A stretch of DNA of 54,327 bases, from contig CAKQKA010000001.1 of the NCBI GenBank assembly GCA_934247855.1, positions 1-54,327 on the forward strand, in the 5' to 3' direction. Shown here one piece after another: positions 1 to 9,863 of the stretch (positions are counted from its first letter, which is position 1; each line of letters starts with the position of its first letter). The DNA comes from an uncultured Clostridia bacterium (GTDB lineage Bacteria; Bacillota; Clostridia; Christensenellales; Borkfalkiaceae). Under the pieces are notes generated by a model. That model saw only the letters and a list, made by a program, of their open reading frames with translations, was not told the DNA's origin and made no database searches. The translations under genes were made by a program, and so were the position numbers.

Positions 1-96
1 CTATAAATTGCGGTGTTTTTTAGTTCTTGCGGGCAATAGGTCTATCAATTTTTAACAAATCTATTGTAAATCTTCAGTAAACAACGTGCGAGATAA

Positions 97-125
97 TTGC
101 AAAACGCGCGCGATTGTGTTAAAAT
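97..125 (+). promoter_or_regulatory. sigma-A-type promoter upstream of cysS
   Basis: TTGCAA (97-102), 17-nt spacer, TAAAAT (120-125), preceded by TGTG (-16 region). Near-identical 29-nt architecture at 13582 and 33196. Confidence 0.5.
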
Positions 126-188
126 AACTTACTGTTATTAAAGTAATTTATGGGGTAGTCTGCGCTTTTTTCGAAAGTTGCGGTCAGC

Positions 189-234
189 CTTGTAAAAAAA
201 GATTCTGAATGATCCTGTAAAAAAAGATTCTGAA
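189..234 (+). repeat. tandem direct repeat in the cysS 5' leader
   Basis: CTTGTAAAAAAAGATTCTGAA (189-209) and CCTGTAAAAAAAGATTCTGAA (214-234), 25-nt period, ending ~35 nt before the cysS ATG. Confidence 0.8.
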
Positions 235-268
235 GGAGCTTGAAAAGAAAAGAGGTAAAGAGGCCGTT

Positions 269-1663
269 ATGAAATTTTATAATACGCTTACCAGAAAAAA
301 AGAGGAGTTTACAACCGAGGACGGAAGCAACAAGGTTCGCATGTATTCTTGCGGACCTACCGTATACAGCTTTGCGCACATAGGCAACATGCGTACTTAC
401 GTCTTTATGGATTTGCTCCGCCGCGCGCTTAAATACGAGGGGTATAAAGTAAAAGGCGTTATGAACGTTACCGACGTAGGGCATTTGCTTTCCGACGGCG
501 ACGACGGCGAAGACAAAATGCAGAAAGCCGCGCGCGAGCAGAAGAAAAGCCCGTACGAAATTGCGGAGTTTTACGCCGGCGTGTTTTTCGAGGACTTGAA
601 AAAACTCAATATCGGCAAGCCCGAACTTACGCCTAAAGCCACGGATCACATTCAGATTATGATTGATTTCGTTAAGGAATTGGTGGAGAAAGGTTTTGCG
701 TACGAAACAAGCGACGGTATTTATTTCGATATTACCAAGGCGGTGGATTACGGCAAGCTGTCGGGTGCGAAGCTCGACGAGCAGCAGGCGGGCGCGCGCG
801 TCGAAGTCAACGGCGAAAAGCGTCATCCCGCGGATTTTGCCGTGTGGAAAAAAGCACCCAAGGAACACATTATGCAATGGGAAAGTCCGTGGGGAATGGG
901 TTATCCCGGCTGGCACATAGAGTGTTCTGCGATGAGCAAGAAATACCTCGGCGATGTGTTCGATATTCACACCGGAGGCGTGGATCATATCCCCATTCAC
1001 CACGAAAACGAGATTGCGCAAAGCGAGGCTCTTACGGGCAAGATACCCGCAAGGTTCTGGATGCACGGCGAGTTTATGCTTGTCGACGGCGGGAAAATGA
1101 GTAAATCTTTGGGTAATACCTACACGATTTCTCAGCTTGAGGAACGCGGGTACAATCCGATGCATTTCAGATATTTTTGCCTGAACGCGCATTACAGAAA
1201 GAAACTCAACTTTACGTTCGAGGGTATGGACGGCGCAAAGACCGCTTTTGAAAGACTGTGCAAGGCAATCGTTGCGCATAAGAACGGAACGGCTGTTACC
1301 GCTCCCGAGACTATCGCCGATTACGAAAAGCAGTTCGAAGAAGCCGTTGCCGACGATCTCAACGTACCGCAGGCTCTCGGCGTGCTCTGGACTATGCTTA
1401 AACTGCCCGCGAGCAAGGACGTTTACAAGACCGCGCTTAAGTTCGACGAAGTGCTCGGGCTTTCGCTCGATCGTGCGGAGACTTTCCTGCCCGAGGAAAA
1501 GTTCGATATACCCGAAGAAGTTGTTGCGCTTGCCGAAAAAATGCAGGGCGCAAGAGCGGTTAAGGATTACGCTAACGCGGACGCTCTCCGCGGCGAGATA
1601 GATAAACTCGGTTTCTCGGTGCTTAACACCAAGGACGGCTATACGCTTAAACCCAAGAACTAA
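269..1663 (+). CDS. cysS: cysteine--tRNA ligase
   Basis: 464-aa ORF with class I HIGH motif (FAHIGNMRT) and KMSKS motif (KMSKSLGN). CysRS-like over its full length. Confidence 0.95.
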   Translation: MKFYNTLTRKKEEFTTEDGSNKVRMYSCGPTVYSFAHIGNMRTYVFMDLLRRALKYEGYKVKGVMNVTDVGHLLSDGDDGEDKMQKAAREQKKSPYEIAEFYAGVFFEDLKKLNIGKPELTPKATDHIQIMIDFVKELVEKGFAYETSDGIYFDITKAVDYGKLSGAKLDEQQAGARVEVNGEKRHPADFAVWKKAPKEHIMQWESPWGMGYPGWHIECSAMSKKYLGDVFDIHTGGVDHIPIHHENEIAQSEALTGKIPARFWMHGEFMLVDGGKMSKSLGNTYTISQLEERGYNPMHFRYFCLNAHYRKKLNFTFEGMDGAKTAFERLCKAIVAHKNGTAVTAPETIADYEKQFEEAVADDLNVPQALGVLWTMLKLPASKDVYKTALKFDEVLGLSLDRAETFLPEEKFDIPEEVVALAEKMQGARAVKDYANADALRGEIDKLGFSVLNTKDGYTLKPKN

Positions 1664-1758
1664 AACGCGAGTTTTGCGGCGGGTTAAGGCTGATGGCGAC
1701 TGAAAAGGCTTTCAGCGATTAAATAAAGACTAAATTTACAGAAAAATAGAGGAAGATT

Positions 1759-3558
1759 ATGAAAAAACTTACTTCGGAGCAACTCAGAAGTTTATATCTC
1801 AAGTTTTTTGCCGACAGGGGGCATGTCGTTATACCTTCGGCAAGTCTTATACCGGAAAACGATCCGTCGGTATTGTTCACCACTGCGGGTATGCACCCGT
1901 TAGTGCCTTACCTGCTCGGCGAAAAGCACCCTGCGGGCAAGCGTCTTACAGACGTTCAGAAATGCGTTCGTACCGGCGATATCGACGAGGTGGGCGACGC
2001 GTCGCACTGCACGTTTTTTGAAATGCTCGGCAACTGGTCGCTCGGCGATTATTTTAACGAACAGGCAATCAAATGGAGCTATGAATTTTTGACTTCGCCC
2101 GAATGCCTCGGTATACCTGTAGAAAAACTCGCCGTTACCGTTTTTGCCGGCGACGAGGACGCCCCTCGCGACGAAATGAGCGCTAAAATCTGGGAAGAGT
2201 GCGGAATACTCAAACAAAACATTTTCTTCCTGCCTAAAAAGAATAACTGGTGGATTGCGGGTAAGACCGGACCTTGCGGACCGGATACCGAAATGTTTAT
2301 CATCCGCGATCAGGCGCCGTGTTCCGACCATTGCGATCCTTCGTGCGATTGCGGAAGATACCTGGAAATATGGAACAACGTATTTATGCAGTTCTATCGC
2401 CACGAGGACGGAACATATACAAAACTTGCTCAGCGCAACGTAGATACGGGCATGGGCTTGGAGCGTACGCTTTGCACGCTTAACGGCACGTCCAGCGTTT
2501 ACGATACCGACCTGTTCGACGATGCTAAAGCCGAAATCGAACGCCTTACGGGCAAGAAATACGGCGAAAACGCCGAAGATACCAAAGCGTTCAGAATTAT
2601 TCTCGATCATATCCGTACGGCAACTTTTATGCTCGGCGATCCGAGAGGGGTTGTGCCGTCCAACGTGGATCAGGGCTACATTTTGCGCCGTCTTATCCGC
2701 AGAGCGGTAAGATTTTCCAAGTCGCTCGGGCTTGAAGGCGGAAATCTCCGCAATATAGCTGCGGCGTTCGTCAATAAATATCGGGAGGTTTACCCCGAAC
2801 TTAAGACAAACGAGCAGAAAATTTATACCGAACTCGATAAGGAAGAAGAAAAGTTCGGTAAAGCTCTCGAGGACGGACTTAAAGAGTTCAATAAAGTCGT
2901 TACGCATATTCCGGGTAACGTTATTCCCGGCAAGACGGCGTTCAGACTTTACGATACATACGGCTTCCCGCTCGAAATGACTGTTGAGCTTGCGGGCGAG
3001 CATGGCTTTACCGTCGACGTAGACGGATACCATGCCGCGTTTGCCGAACATCAGAAGAAATCGTCGGCGGGCGCGGAACAAAAGTTTAAAGGCGGTCTTG
3101 CCGATACAAGCGAAACCACCGCAAGGCTGCACACGGCAACTCACCTTATGCATGCCGCATTGCGCAAAGTGCTCGATCCGTCGGTAGGTCAGCGCGGGTC
3201 TAACATCACGCCCGAAAGACTGCGTTTCGACTTTAACTTCGATCGCCCTATGACGCAGGAAGAAATTGCCGAGGTCGAAAGGCTTGTAAACGAAGCGATC
3301 AAAGCCGACGTTCCCGTAGTTATGGAAGAAATGAGCCTCGAGGATGCTAAGAAATCGGGCGCGATCGGTTTGTTTGAAAGCAAGTACGGCGATATGGTAA
3401 AAGTTTATACCATGGGCGAGTTCAGCAAGGAAATTTGCGGCGGTCCGCATGCAAAACGCACGGGCGAACTCGGCACGTTCAAGATTATAAAAGAACAGTC
3501 GTCGTCGAGCGGCGTTAGAAGAATCAAAGCCGTGCTTATTCCCGACGCGCAAAAGTAA
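1759..3558 (+). CDS. alaS: alanine--tRNA ligase, short form (catalytic plus editing domains, no C-Ala region)
   Basis: N-terminus FFADRGHVVIPSASLIPENDPSVLFTTAGMHP...FFEMLGNWSLGDYF is AlaRS-like. Editing-site Zn motifs HTATHLMH and CGGPH are present. Only 599 aa versus ~870 in typical bacteria. Confidence 0.85.
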   Translation: MKKLTSEQLRSLYLKFFADRGHVVIPSASLIPENDPSVLFTTAGMHPLVPYLLGEKHPAGKRLTDVQKCVRTGDIDEVGDASHCTFFEMLGNWSLGDYFNEQAIKWSYEFLTSPECLGIPVEKLAVTVFAGDEDAPRDEMSAKIWEECGILKQNIFFLPKKNNWWIAGKTGPCGPDTEMFIIRDQAPCSDHCDPSCDCGRYLEIWNNVFMQFYRHEDGTYTKLAQRNVDTGMGLERTLCTLNGTSSVYDTDLFDDAKAEIERLTGKKYGENAEDTKAFRIILDHIRTATFMLGDPRGVVPSNVDQGYILRRLIRRAVRFSKSLGLEGGNLRNIAAAFVNKYREVYPELKTNEQKIYTELDKEEEKFGKALEDGLKEFNKVVTHIPGNVIPGKTAFRLYDTYGFPLEMTVELAGEHGFTVDVDGYHAAFAEHQKKSSAGAEQKFKGGLADTSETTARLHTATHLMHAALRKVLDPSVGQRGSNITPERLRFDFNFDRPMTQEEIAEVERLVNEAIKADVPVVMEEMSLEDAKKSGAIGLFESKYGDMVKVYTMGEFSKEICGGPHAKRTGELGTFKIIKEQSSSSGVRRIKAVLIPDAQK

Positions 3559-3689
3559 TTTTTGCGCGTTAAAGATCGGCATTGCGGCGGTTTAATAAAA
3601 CGTATCACGAAAAGCAGCCTGCGGGTGAAATAATAAACCGTGGCGAAAAAACAAAAATATAAATCGAAATAAAGACAAGAGGTGTCATA

Positions 3690-4160
3690 ATGGCTGAAAA
3701 AATCTTTCTTACCGAAGAAGGCAAGCAGGAACTTGAGAAAAAGTTAGAATACTTAAAAATGGTCAAACGTCCGGAAATTACCGAACGTATCAAAATCGCC
3801 CGTGAATTCGGCGACCTTTCCGAAAACGCCGAATACGACGCCGCCAGAAACGAGCAAGCGCTCATCGAAGGCGAAATCAGCGAGCTGGAAGCCAAACTCA
3901 AAGTTGCCGAAATCATTACCGTCAGTTCGAGAAAGGACGTTGCCAGCGTCGGCGCGACTATCGAATACACCGACCTTACCGACGGCAAGGATTACAAGTT
4001 CGAGATAGTCGGTACGACCGAAGCGGATTTCCGCGCGGGCAGAATATCCAACGAATGCCCCATCGGTAAAGCCGTTATGGGTAAGCGCGTGGGCGAAGAA
4101 TGCATTGTAGAAGCGCCTGCGGGCAATTACGCCATAAGACTCAATAAGGTTTCTTACTGA
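3690..4160 (+). CDS. greA: transcription elongation factor GreA
   Basis: 156 aa. N-terminal coiled coil with SENAEYDAARNEQ and a C-terminal FKBP-like domain typical of GreA. Confidence 0.95.
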   Translation: MAEKIFLTEEGKQELEKKLEYLKMVKRPEITERIKIAREFGDLSENAEYDAARNEQALIEGEISELEAKLKVAEIITVSSRKDVASVGATIEYTDLTDGKDYKFEIVGTTEADFRAGRISNECPIGKAVMGKRVGEECIVEAPAGNYAIRLNKVSY

Positions 4161-4170
4161 CAATCGATAA

Positions 4171-5193
4171 ATGGATAACAAAATTACAAAAAGCAGGTTA
4201 GCAAACCTCTTATCGTACGATTGGGTTAAAATTTGCGCTATCATCGTTGCGGTGTGTTTCGTTTGGGTGCTTGCGTATACTATCGGCGCACCGCGTGCGT
4301 CGGTGGGGCAGGTTTTCGGCTTGCTTACATATGCGCCCGATTTCGAGGTGGCTAAGTCCGGTAAGGCGTTGCTCGGCGAAGCTGAAACTCACGGTGCTTT
4401 TTCGTACGATATTCTCGATTTCAACATGCGCGATATGCCGAAAAACTATTATTCTACGCTGATGATGGCGGCGGATTCGGTGCAGGAGGGCGACGTTTTT
4501 ATTACCTCCGATTTTGCCGAAACGATAGAAAAGAACGAGTCTCCTTTGCGTACTTTTATCGACGGTTATTACGGAAGAGTATATAACATCGATTTGCTTA
4601 TTTCGGACGCGAAAGAGTATGCGCGCAAGAACGGAATTATCGAGAACGCCGACGGAACTTACGGTTGCGATAGAGCTGTAACCGATAGTTTGTTCTCGTC
4701 CAGAATGGAAAAAGATCCGCGTTTCCGCGATAAAAATTCGAAAAAATATGCCGAAGGGCAGAAAAACGAGTACGAAAGGATTATTGCCGTGTGGAATAAT
4801 GCCTGCAAGGCGGAAAAATTGCTCAAAGAGCATCCCGAGCTTCGCTTAAACTATCGTCCGTTTACGCAAATGGTTAATTCCATTGGCGAGGAAGAACGCG
4901 AAAAGAGCGAGTATTATCAGAAGTGGCTCGAGCAAAAAGAGGGTACTTACGCTATCAATCTCGGTAAACTTACGGGCGGTACAAGTAATATTACCGACCT
5001 GTATGCCCGCACGATTACACCCGATGACGGCGAGCCCTATCTTTCGGCGGACGGAGTTGCGCTTTGCGTGTTCGATTACGCTGCATTTCAACCGCATTTG
5101 CAGTACGAAACATTGGGGTATATCGTTTATATGGCGGAAACTTACAGTAATTTTCTTGCGGTGCAGCCTGAAAATCTCGTTGTTAATAAATAA
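4171..5193 (+). CDS. hypothetical membrane-anchored protein
   Basis: 340-aa ORF with one N-terminal hydrophobic helix (WVKICAIIVAVCFVWVLAYTI), packed 10 nt after greA. No family recognised. Confidence 0.6.
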   Translation: MDNKITKSRLANLLSYDWVKICAIIVAVCFVWVLAYTIGAPRASVGQVFGLLTYAPDFEVAKSGKALLGEAETHGAFSYDILDFNMRDMPKNYYSTLMMAADSVQEGDVFITSDFAETIEKNESPLRTFIDGYYGRVYNIDLLISDAKEYARKNGIIENADGTYGCDRAVTDSLFSSRMEKDPRFRDKNSKKYAEGQKNEYERIIAVWNNACKAEKLLKEHPELRLNYRPFTQMVNSIGEEEREKSEYYQKWLEQKEGTYAINLGKLTGGTSNITDLYARTITPDDGEPYLSADGVALCVFDYAAFQPHLQYETLGYIVYMAETYSNFLAVQPENLVVNK

Positions 5194-5201
5194 TATATAA
5201 T

Positions 5202-6557
5202 ATGGAAAGGCAAAAAAGGCTGAAAAGGCATATTTTTTCTATGCTCGAAGAATACGCCGGAAAAAATGCCGAACGGTATCACATGCCCGGGCATAAGGGC
5301 AAAGGTTGCGGCGTTTTGTCGGGCGTTTATCCTTACGATATAACCGAACTTTCTTTTTCAGATAACCTCGCAAACCCTTGCGGGGTGATTCTTAAAGCGG
5401 AAAACGATATCGCGTCGCTTATCGGCGCAAAAAGATGCCGCATTTTAACGGGCGGTTCTACGCTCGGCGTTTTGGTTTCCGTGTATGCGGCGAAAGCGTA
5501 TTATCGCGGCGAAAGGACAAAGCTTATTATTTGCAAAAGTTCGCACAAAAGCGTGTATAATGCATTGGCTTTGCTTGATATAGAACCCGTGTTTTTGCCC
5601 GAAAAAATCGTTGACGGCTTGCCTTGTTTGAATACGGAAAAACTTGCCGAACTATGCGATAACGGTGTTATAGGCGCACTTTTTACATATCCCGACTATT
5701 TCGGGCGGTGTTTGAATTTAAGCGGAATTCGCAAGATATTAAAAGAAAAGAATTGTTTACTTTTGCTTGATGGCGCGCACGGCGCGCATCTTGCGTTTAC
5801 CGATGCCGAGCGTTACGGCGGTCGTTTTGCCGATATCTGGGTGGACGGCGCGCACAAAACGCTTAAAACTTTAACGCAGGGCGCGTTGCTCGGCGTGAAC
5901 AAAACCGAGCTTATGCCTTACGTCGAGGACGGGTTTTCGATTTTTTCTACGTCAAGCCCCAATTATTTGATAATGGGTTCGGTTGAGGACGGTTATAAAT
6001 CTTTTGCCGAAACGCTTGAAAAAGGCTTTTTTGAATGTAAAAAGGCTATCGAAACTTTTAAAAAAAGGTTAAACGATAGATTTGCCGTTATAAATAACCG
6101 GGATGTTTTAAAGTTATGTGTTGATCTGCGCGGATTTGCGGACGGCGGCGAAATCGGCGAATATCTCGAAAAAAACAACGTTTACGCCGAACTTGCGGCG
6201 GGGCGGTTTTTGATCTTTATGATTGCCCCCGATTTCAATGAAGAAAAGGCGATTCGGCTTGCCGATTTACTGAACGACTACAGGGTGGAAAAGCGCGAAA
6301 CTTTTTCCGATTGTTACGTAGGTGAAAATCCGTTAAAAAGGGTTATGCCGTATACGGCCGCGAAAAAAAGTCGGTATGAGTACGTTGAATTAAGTGATGC
6401 GAATGGGCGTATCAGTGCAGGCGAGGTAGGACTTTTTCCGCCGTGCTATCCGCTTATTGTTGCGGGCGAAATATTCGATAACGAACTTATAGCCCGACTT
6501 TTAAAGGGAAACACGTTCGGAATCGAAGACGGAAAAGTCAAAGTAGTTATTGAATAA
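5202..6557 (+). CDS. Orn/Lys/Arg decarboxylase family PLP enzyme (YaaO-like)
   Basis: 451 aa with the HMPGHKG motif near the N-terminus. Sits upstream of holB as B. subtilis yaaO does. Confidence 0.8.
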   Translation: MERQKRLKRHIFSMLEEYAGKNAERYHMPGHKGKGCGVLSGVYPYDITELSFSDNLANPCGVILKAENDIASLIGAKRCRILTGGSTLGVLVSVYAAKAYYRGERTKLIICKSSHKSVYNALALLDIEPVFLPEKIVDGLPCLNTEKLAELCDNGVIGALFTYPDYFGRCLNLSGIRKILKEKNCLLLLDGAHGAHLAFTDAERYGGRFADIWVDGAHKTLKTLTQGALLGVNKTELMPYVEDGFSIFSTSSPNYLIMGSVEDGYKSFAETLEKGFFECKKAIETFKKRLNDRFAVINNRDVLKLCVDLRGFADGGEIGEYLEKNNVYAELAAGRFLIFMIAPDFNEEKAIRLADLLNDYRVEKRETFSDCYVGENPLKRVMPYTAAKKSRYEYVELSDANGRISAGEVGLFPPCYPLIVAGEIFDNELIARLLKGNTFGIEDGKVKVVIE

Positions 6558-6623
6558 TTCTTGCGACTTGTTCGCAATATAAAGATTTATCGCGAATTGT
6601 AAATAAGGCGTAAAGGAGGAAAA

Positions 6624-7586
6624 ATGGTTCGGCTGTTTAAAGATACCGTTGCGTATCGCATAGTATCGGGCGATAAAAAAAAGAATTCGCTGTCGCACGC
6701 CTATCTTCTTTTATGTCAGGACGGTGCGGCAATTCCCGAATATTTAAAAATCATTGCAAAAACCATAATCTGTGAGGATAAAAGCGGTTTTTGCGACCAA
6801 TGCAGAAGCTGTAATTTAATCGAACGCAATTTATATACGGACGTAAGCTTTTATCCTAAGGGCGACAGCGGAAAGATTCTCGTTGCCGACGTGGACGAAA
6901 TGGTTGCGCAAACGTTCGTAAAACCGTTCGAGGGCGATAAGCGGGTTTTTGTGTTTTGCGGTGCGGAGAACATGACGCCGCAAGCGCAGAATAAGCTGCT
7001 TAAAACGCTTGAAGAACCGCCGAAGGGCGTTTACGTTATTTTAGGCGCAACCAACGAAAACGCAATTTTGCCCACGGTAAAATCGCGCGTTAAAAAGATA
7101 AGTGTTCCCGATTATTCCGAGAGCGAAATTTTCGATTTTTTAATTCGTAATTATCCCGATAAAGACAAAGAGGAACTCAGACGCGCGGCGAGTTTTGCCG
7201 ATGGTAAGCCGGGGCTTGCGCTGTCTTATGCCGAAAACGGCGCGTCCGACACAGAGGGTTTGGCGTGTTCCATGCTCGAGAACATGCTTAACAGTAAGGA
7301 CGTAATCGATTATTCGGTAAAAATAGATAAGACGAATATAAAAGAATTTTTAATAAGTTTGAAAAAAACTCTTGACCGCGTGATACGTTTTCAAAGCGGC
7401 GGAGATGAAAAAAGCGGGGCTATAAGACGGATATCGCGTATTTACAGTACTGCCGCATGCCTTGCGATAATAAATAAAGTCAACGCTTGCGAACGCGCGC
7501 TTTATTTTAACGGCAACGTAACGATGCTTGCCGATGACATATTGCTTTGCGTTCTGGAGGAAAAATACAGATGGAAAAAATTGTAG
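6624..7586 (+). CDS. holB: DNA polymerase III delta' subunit
   Basis: 320 aa with LSHAYLL, Zn module CDQCRSCNLI and NKLLKTLEEPP motifs. Confidence 0.85.
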   Translation: MVRLFKDTVAYRIVSGDKKKNSLSHAYLLLCQDGAAIPEYLKIIAKTIICEDKSGFCDQCRSCNLIERNLYTDVSFYPKGDSGKILVADVDEMVAQTFVKPFEGDKRVFVFCGAENMTPQAQNKLLKTLEEPPKGVYVILGATNENAILPTVKSRVKKISVPDYSESEIFDFLIRNYPDKDKEELRRAASFADGKPGLALSYAENGASDTEGLACSMLENMLNSKDVIDYSVKIDKTNIKEFLISLKKTLDRVIRFQSGGDEKSGAIRRISRIYSTAACLAIINKVNACERALYFNGNVTMLADDILLCVLEEKYRWKKL

Positions 7587-8458
7587 GCATAAAGTTTAAA
7601 AATACCGCAAAAGTATATTATTTTGCGCCCGGTAACGAAAAGTTTGTCCGCAACGACGGCGTTATAGTCGAAACCGCGCGCGGCGTGGAATACGGCACGG
7701 TGGTAATAGAGCCGAAAGAAGTGGACGATTCCGAAATCGTTCAGCCGTTAAAACCTATTATCCGTAAGGCAACCAAAGCCGATACCGAGCGTTTAAAACG
7801 CAACGAAGATAAAGCGGCGGAAGCGATGCGCGTTTGCGCCGAAAAAATCGAGGCTCACAAGCTCAATATGAAACTTGTCAGCGCTGAATACACGTTTGAC
7901 GGCAGTAAACTGATTTTTAATTTCAGCGCGCCCGGGCGTATAGATTTCCGCGATCTGGTCAAAGATCTGGCGCAGGTTTTCAGAATAAGAATAGAGTTAA
8001 GGCAAATCGGTATCCGCGACGAAACCAGAATGCTCGGCGGGCTTGCCCCGTGCGGCAGACCTTGCTGTTGTTCGAGTTGTATGAGCGATTTCAAGAAAGT
8101 GTCGGTCAAAATGGCAAAAAATCAAGGGTTATCGCTTAACCCGTCAAAGATAAGCGGTTTGTGCGGCAGGCTGATGTGTTGTCTGGCGTACGAAAACGAT
8201 TATTACAAGGACGCTTGCAAAAAGATGCCTAAGGTCGGCGGAGAAGTCACCACTCCCGACGGTAAAGGCGTTGTCGTATCGGTCAACATGCTCAAAATGC
8301 TGGTCAAGGTAAAGTCCGAGCTTAAAGACGGCAGCGTTGAATATAAAGATTACGATGTAAAAGACCTTAAGTTCAAGTGCTGCGGCGGCTGTGCGGACGA
8401 CGGCAAACTTACCAAAGAAGAAATGGAAGCGCTTAAAAATCTTACCGACGAAGACTGA
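7571..8458 (+). CDS. ricT: PSP1-domain regulator RicT/YaaT
   Basis: MEKIVGIKFKNTAKVYYF...; PSP1 core with a Cys cluster (CGRPCCCSSC, GRLMCCLAYE). ATG at 7571 has GGAGGA upstream; the track ORF from 7547 starts on TTG. Confidence 0.9.
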   Translation: MEKIVGIKFKNTAKVYYFAPGNEKFVRNDGVIVETARGVEYGTVVIEPKEVDDSEIVQPLKPIIRKATKADTERLKRNEDKAAEAMRVCAEKIEAHKLNMKLVSAEYTFDGSKLIFNFSAPGRIDFRDLVKDLAQVFRIRIELRQIGIRDETRMLGGLAPCGRPCCCSSCMSDFKKVSVKMAKNQGLSLNPSKISGLCGRLMCCLAYENDYYKDACKKMPKVGGEVTTPDGKGVVVSVNMLKMLVKVKSELKDGSVEYKDYDVKDLKFKCCGGCADDGKLTKEEMEALKNLTDED

Positions 8459-8476
8459 TTTCTGAGAAAAAATCCG

Positions 8477-8494
8477 CCTATAAGTCGGTTATCG
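8477..8494 (+). repeat. dispersed intergenic motif, copy 1
   Basis: CCTATAAGTCGGTTATCG, 19 nt after the ricT stop. Flanked by CCGCC...GGCGG. Confidence 0.8.
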
Positions 8495-8560
8495 CACTAT
8501 TGGCGGTTAAATGACGTCGTTTTTTTGACTTGAATATCGAAGTGAATTATGAATTACGAG

Positions 8561-8588
8561 AGGATAACCTTTAAAGGTTATCCTTTTT
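8561..8588 (+). terminator. intrinsic terminator
   Basis: AGGATAACCTTTAAAGGTTATCCT palindromic hairpin followed by TTTT. Confidence 0.7.
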
Positions 8589-8608
8589 ACTCTGTCTTTT
8601 AATATGAA

Positions 8609-8637
8609 TTGACTGCGTCCGCTGCTTATGTTATAAT
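8609..8637 (+). promoter_or_regulatory. sigma-A-type promoter of sbcDC
   Basis: TTGACT, 17-nt spacer, TATAAT. Confidence 0.55.
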
Positions 8638-8728
8638 AAAAAAGATAGAATTCGCGGTTTACTCTCGCTTTGAACGCGTGAAATATTGCGGGCGACCGCT
8701 TGAATCGAAAAGCCGCCGAGGTAGCATT

Positions 8729-9862
8729 ATGAAAATCATTCATTTATCCGATCTGCATTTAGGAATGCGTTTCTATGAGTTTTCGCTGATCGACGATCAA
8801 AAATACATTCTTGATCAGATTTTGGAAATAATCCGTGCGCAAAAACCCGACGCCGTCTGCATTGCGGGCGACGTGTACGACAAGAGCATTCCGCCTGTGG
8901 AAGCGGTCGAACTGTTCGACGATTTTTTATATAGTCTTGCAATGTTAAAGACGGAAACGTTCATAATAAGCGGGAATCACGACAGCGCCGAACGACTTTC
9001 GTTCGGCAATCGTATTTTCGACGTGAGCGGTTTGCATTTTTCGCCCGCTTACGACGGTGCGATAAAACCCATAACCTTGCGCGACGAATACGGCGAAGTC
9101 GATTTTTATATGTTACCGTTTATTAAGCCGTCCAACGTAAGAAGGTTTTTCCCGGATGAAAAAATAGAAAGCTATACAGACGCGGTAAAGGTTGCCGTAA
9201 ATCATATGCAAATCGATAACGCGCGGCGCAACGTGCTTATCGCACATCAGTTCGTTACGGGTTCTAAACGTTCGGAATCGGAGGATATATCGGTCGGCGG
9301 ACTTGATAACGTGGACGCAAGCGCGTTCGGATCGTTCGATTACGTCGCTTTGGGGCACATTCATAGTCCGCAAACGGCAGGCGGCGAAAAGATTTATTAT
9401 TGCGGAACGCCGCTGAAATATTCTTTTTCGGAGGTAAACGACCGAAAATCGGTTGCTGTTATAGAACTGAAAGAAAAAGGTTCTTTTGAACTTACGAAAA
9501 TTCCGCTTGCGCCGTTGCATGAGTTACGCGACTTATGCGGTACGTTCAACGAACTTATGAACAGGAGTTTTTATATCGATACGACTTACCAAAGCGACTA
9601 TGTGCGCATTACTCTTACCGATGAGGACGATATTCTGAACGCCGAGGGTAATTTGCGCGTTGTTTATCACGGACTTGCCACGCTCAGATACGATAACACG
9701 AGAACGAGGAATAATCAGTCGGTCGCTTCGATCGGCAACGTTGAGAACAAATCGCCGTTCGAGTTGTTTTCCGAGCTTTACAGAATTCAGAACGGAAAAG
9801 ACTTGAGCGAAGAGCAAATCGAGTATTTGAACAATAAGATTGCAAAGGTCTGGGAGGAGTAA
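8729..9862 (+). CDS. sbcD: exonuclease SbcD (Mre11-like nuclease)
   Basis: MKIIHLSDLHLG, GDVYD and GNHD phosphoesterase motifs. GAGG RBS before the ATG at 8729; the track ORF from 8609 is an upstream extension. Confidence 0.9.
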   Translation: MKIIHLSDLHLGMRFYEFSLIDDQKYILDQILEIIRAQKPDAVCIAGDVYDKSIPPVEAVELFDDFLYSLAMLKTETFIISGNHDSAERLSFGNRIFDVSGLHFSPAYDGAIKPITLRDEYGEVDFYMLPFIKPSNVRRFFPDEKIESYTDAVKVAVNHMQIDNARRNVLIAHQFVTGSKRSESEDISVGGLDNVDASAFGSFDYVALGHIHSPQTAGGEKIYYCGTPLKYSFSEVNDRKSVAVIELKEKGSFELTKIPLAPLHELRDLCGTFNELMNRSFYIDTTYQSDYVRITLTDEDDILNAEGNLRVVYHGLATLRYDNTRTRNNQSVASIGNVENKSPFELFSELYRIQNGKDLSEEQIEYLNNKIAKVWEE

Positions 9863-9863
9863 T

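Noticed and set aside
1-268. T-box leaders upstream of cysS (and of alaS, 1664-1758).
   Set aside because: No T-box sequence, specifier-loop context or terminator/antiterminator alternative could be found by eye.
119-1279. 386-aa minus-strand ORF opposite cysS. Similar long antisense ORFs lie at 1900-3582, 13671-15953 (760 aa), 39420-40121, 47743-49047 and 53172-53975.
   Set aside because: Each lies fully antisense to a + strand gene with clear family motifs. They have no RBS, and their low-complexity, R/F/K-rich composition is typical of shadow frames.
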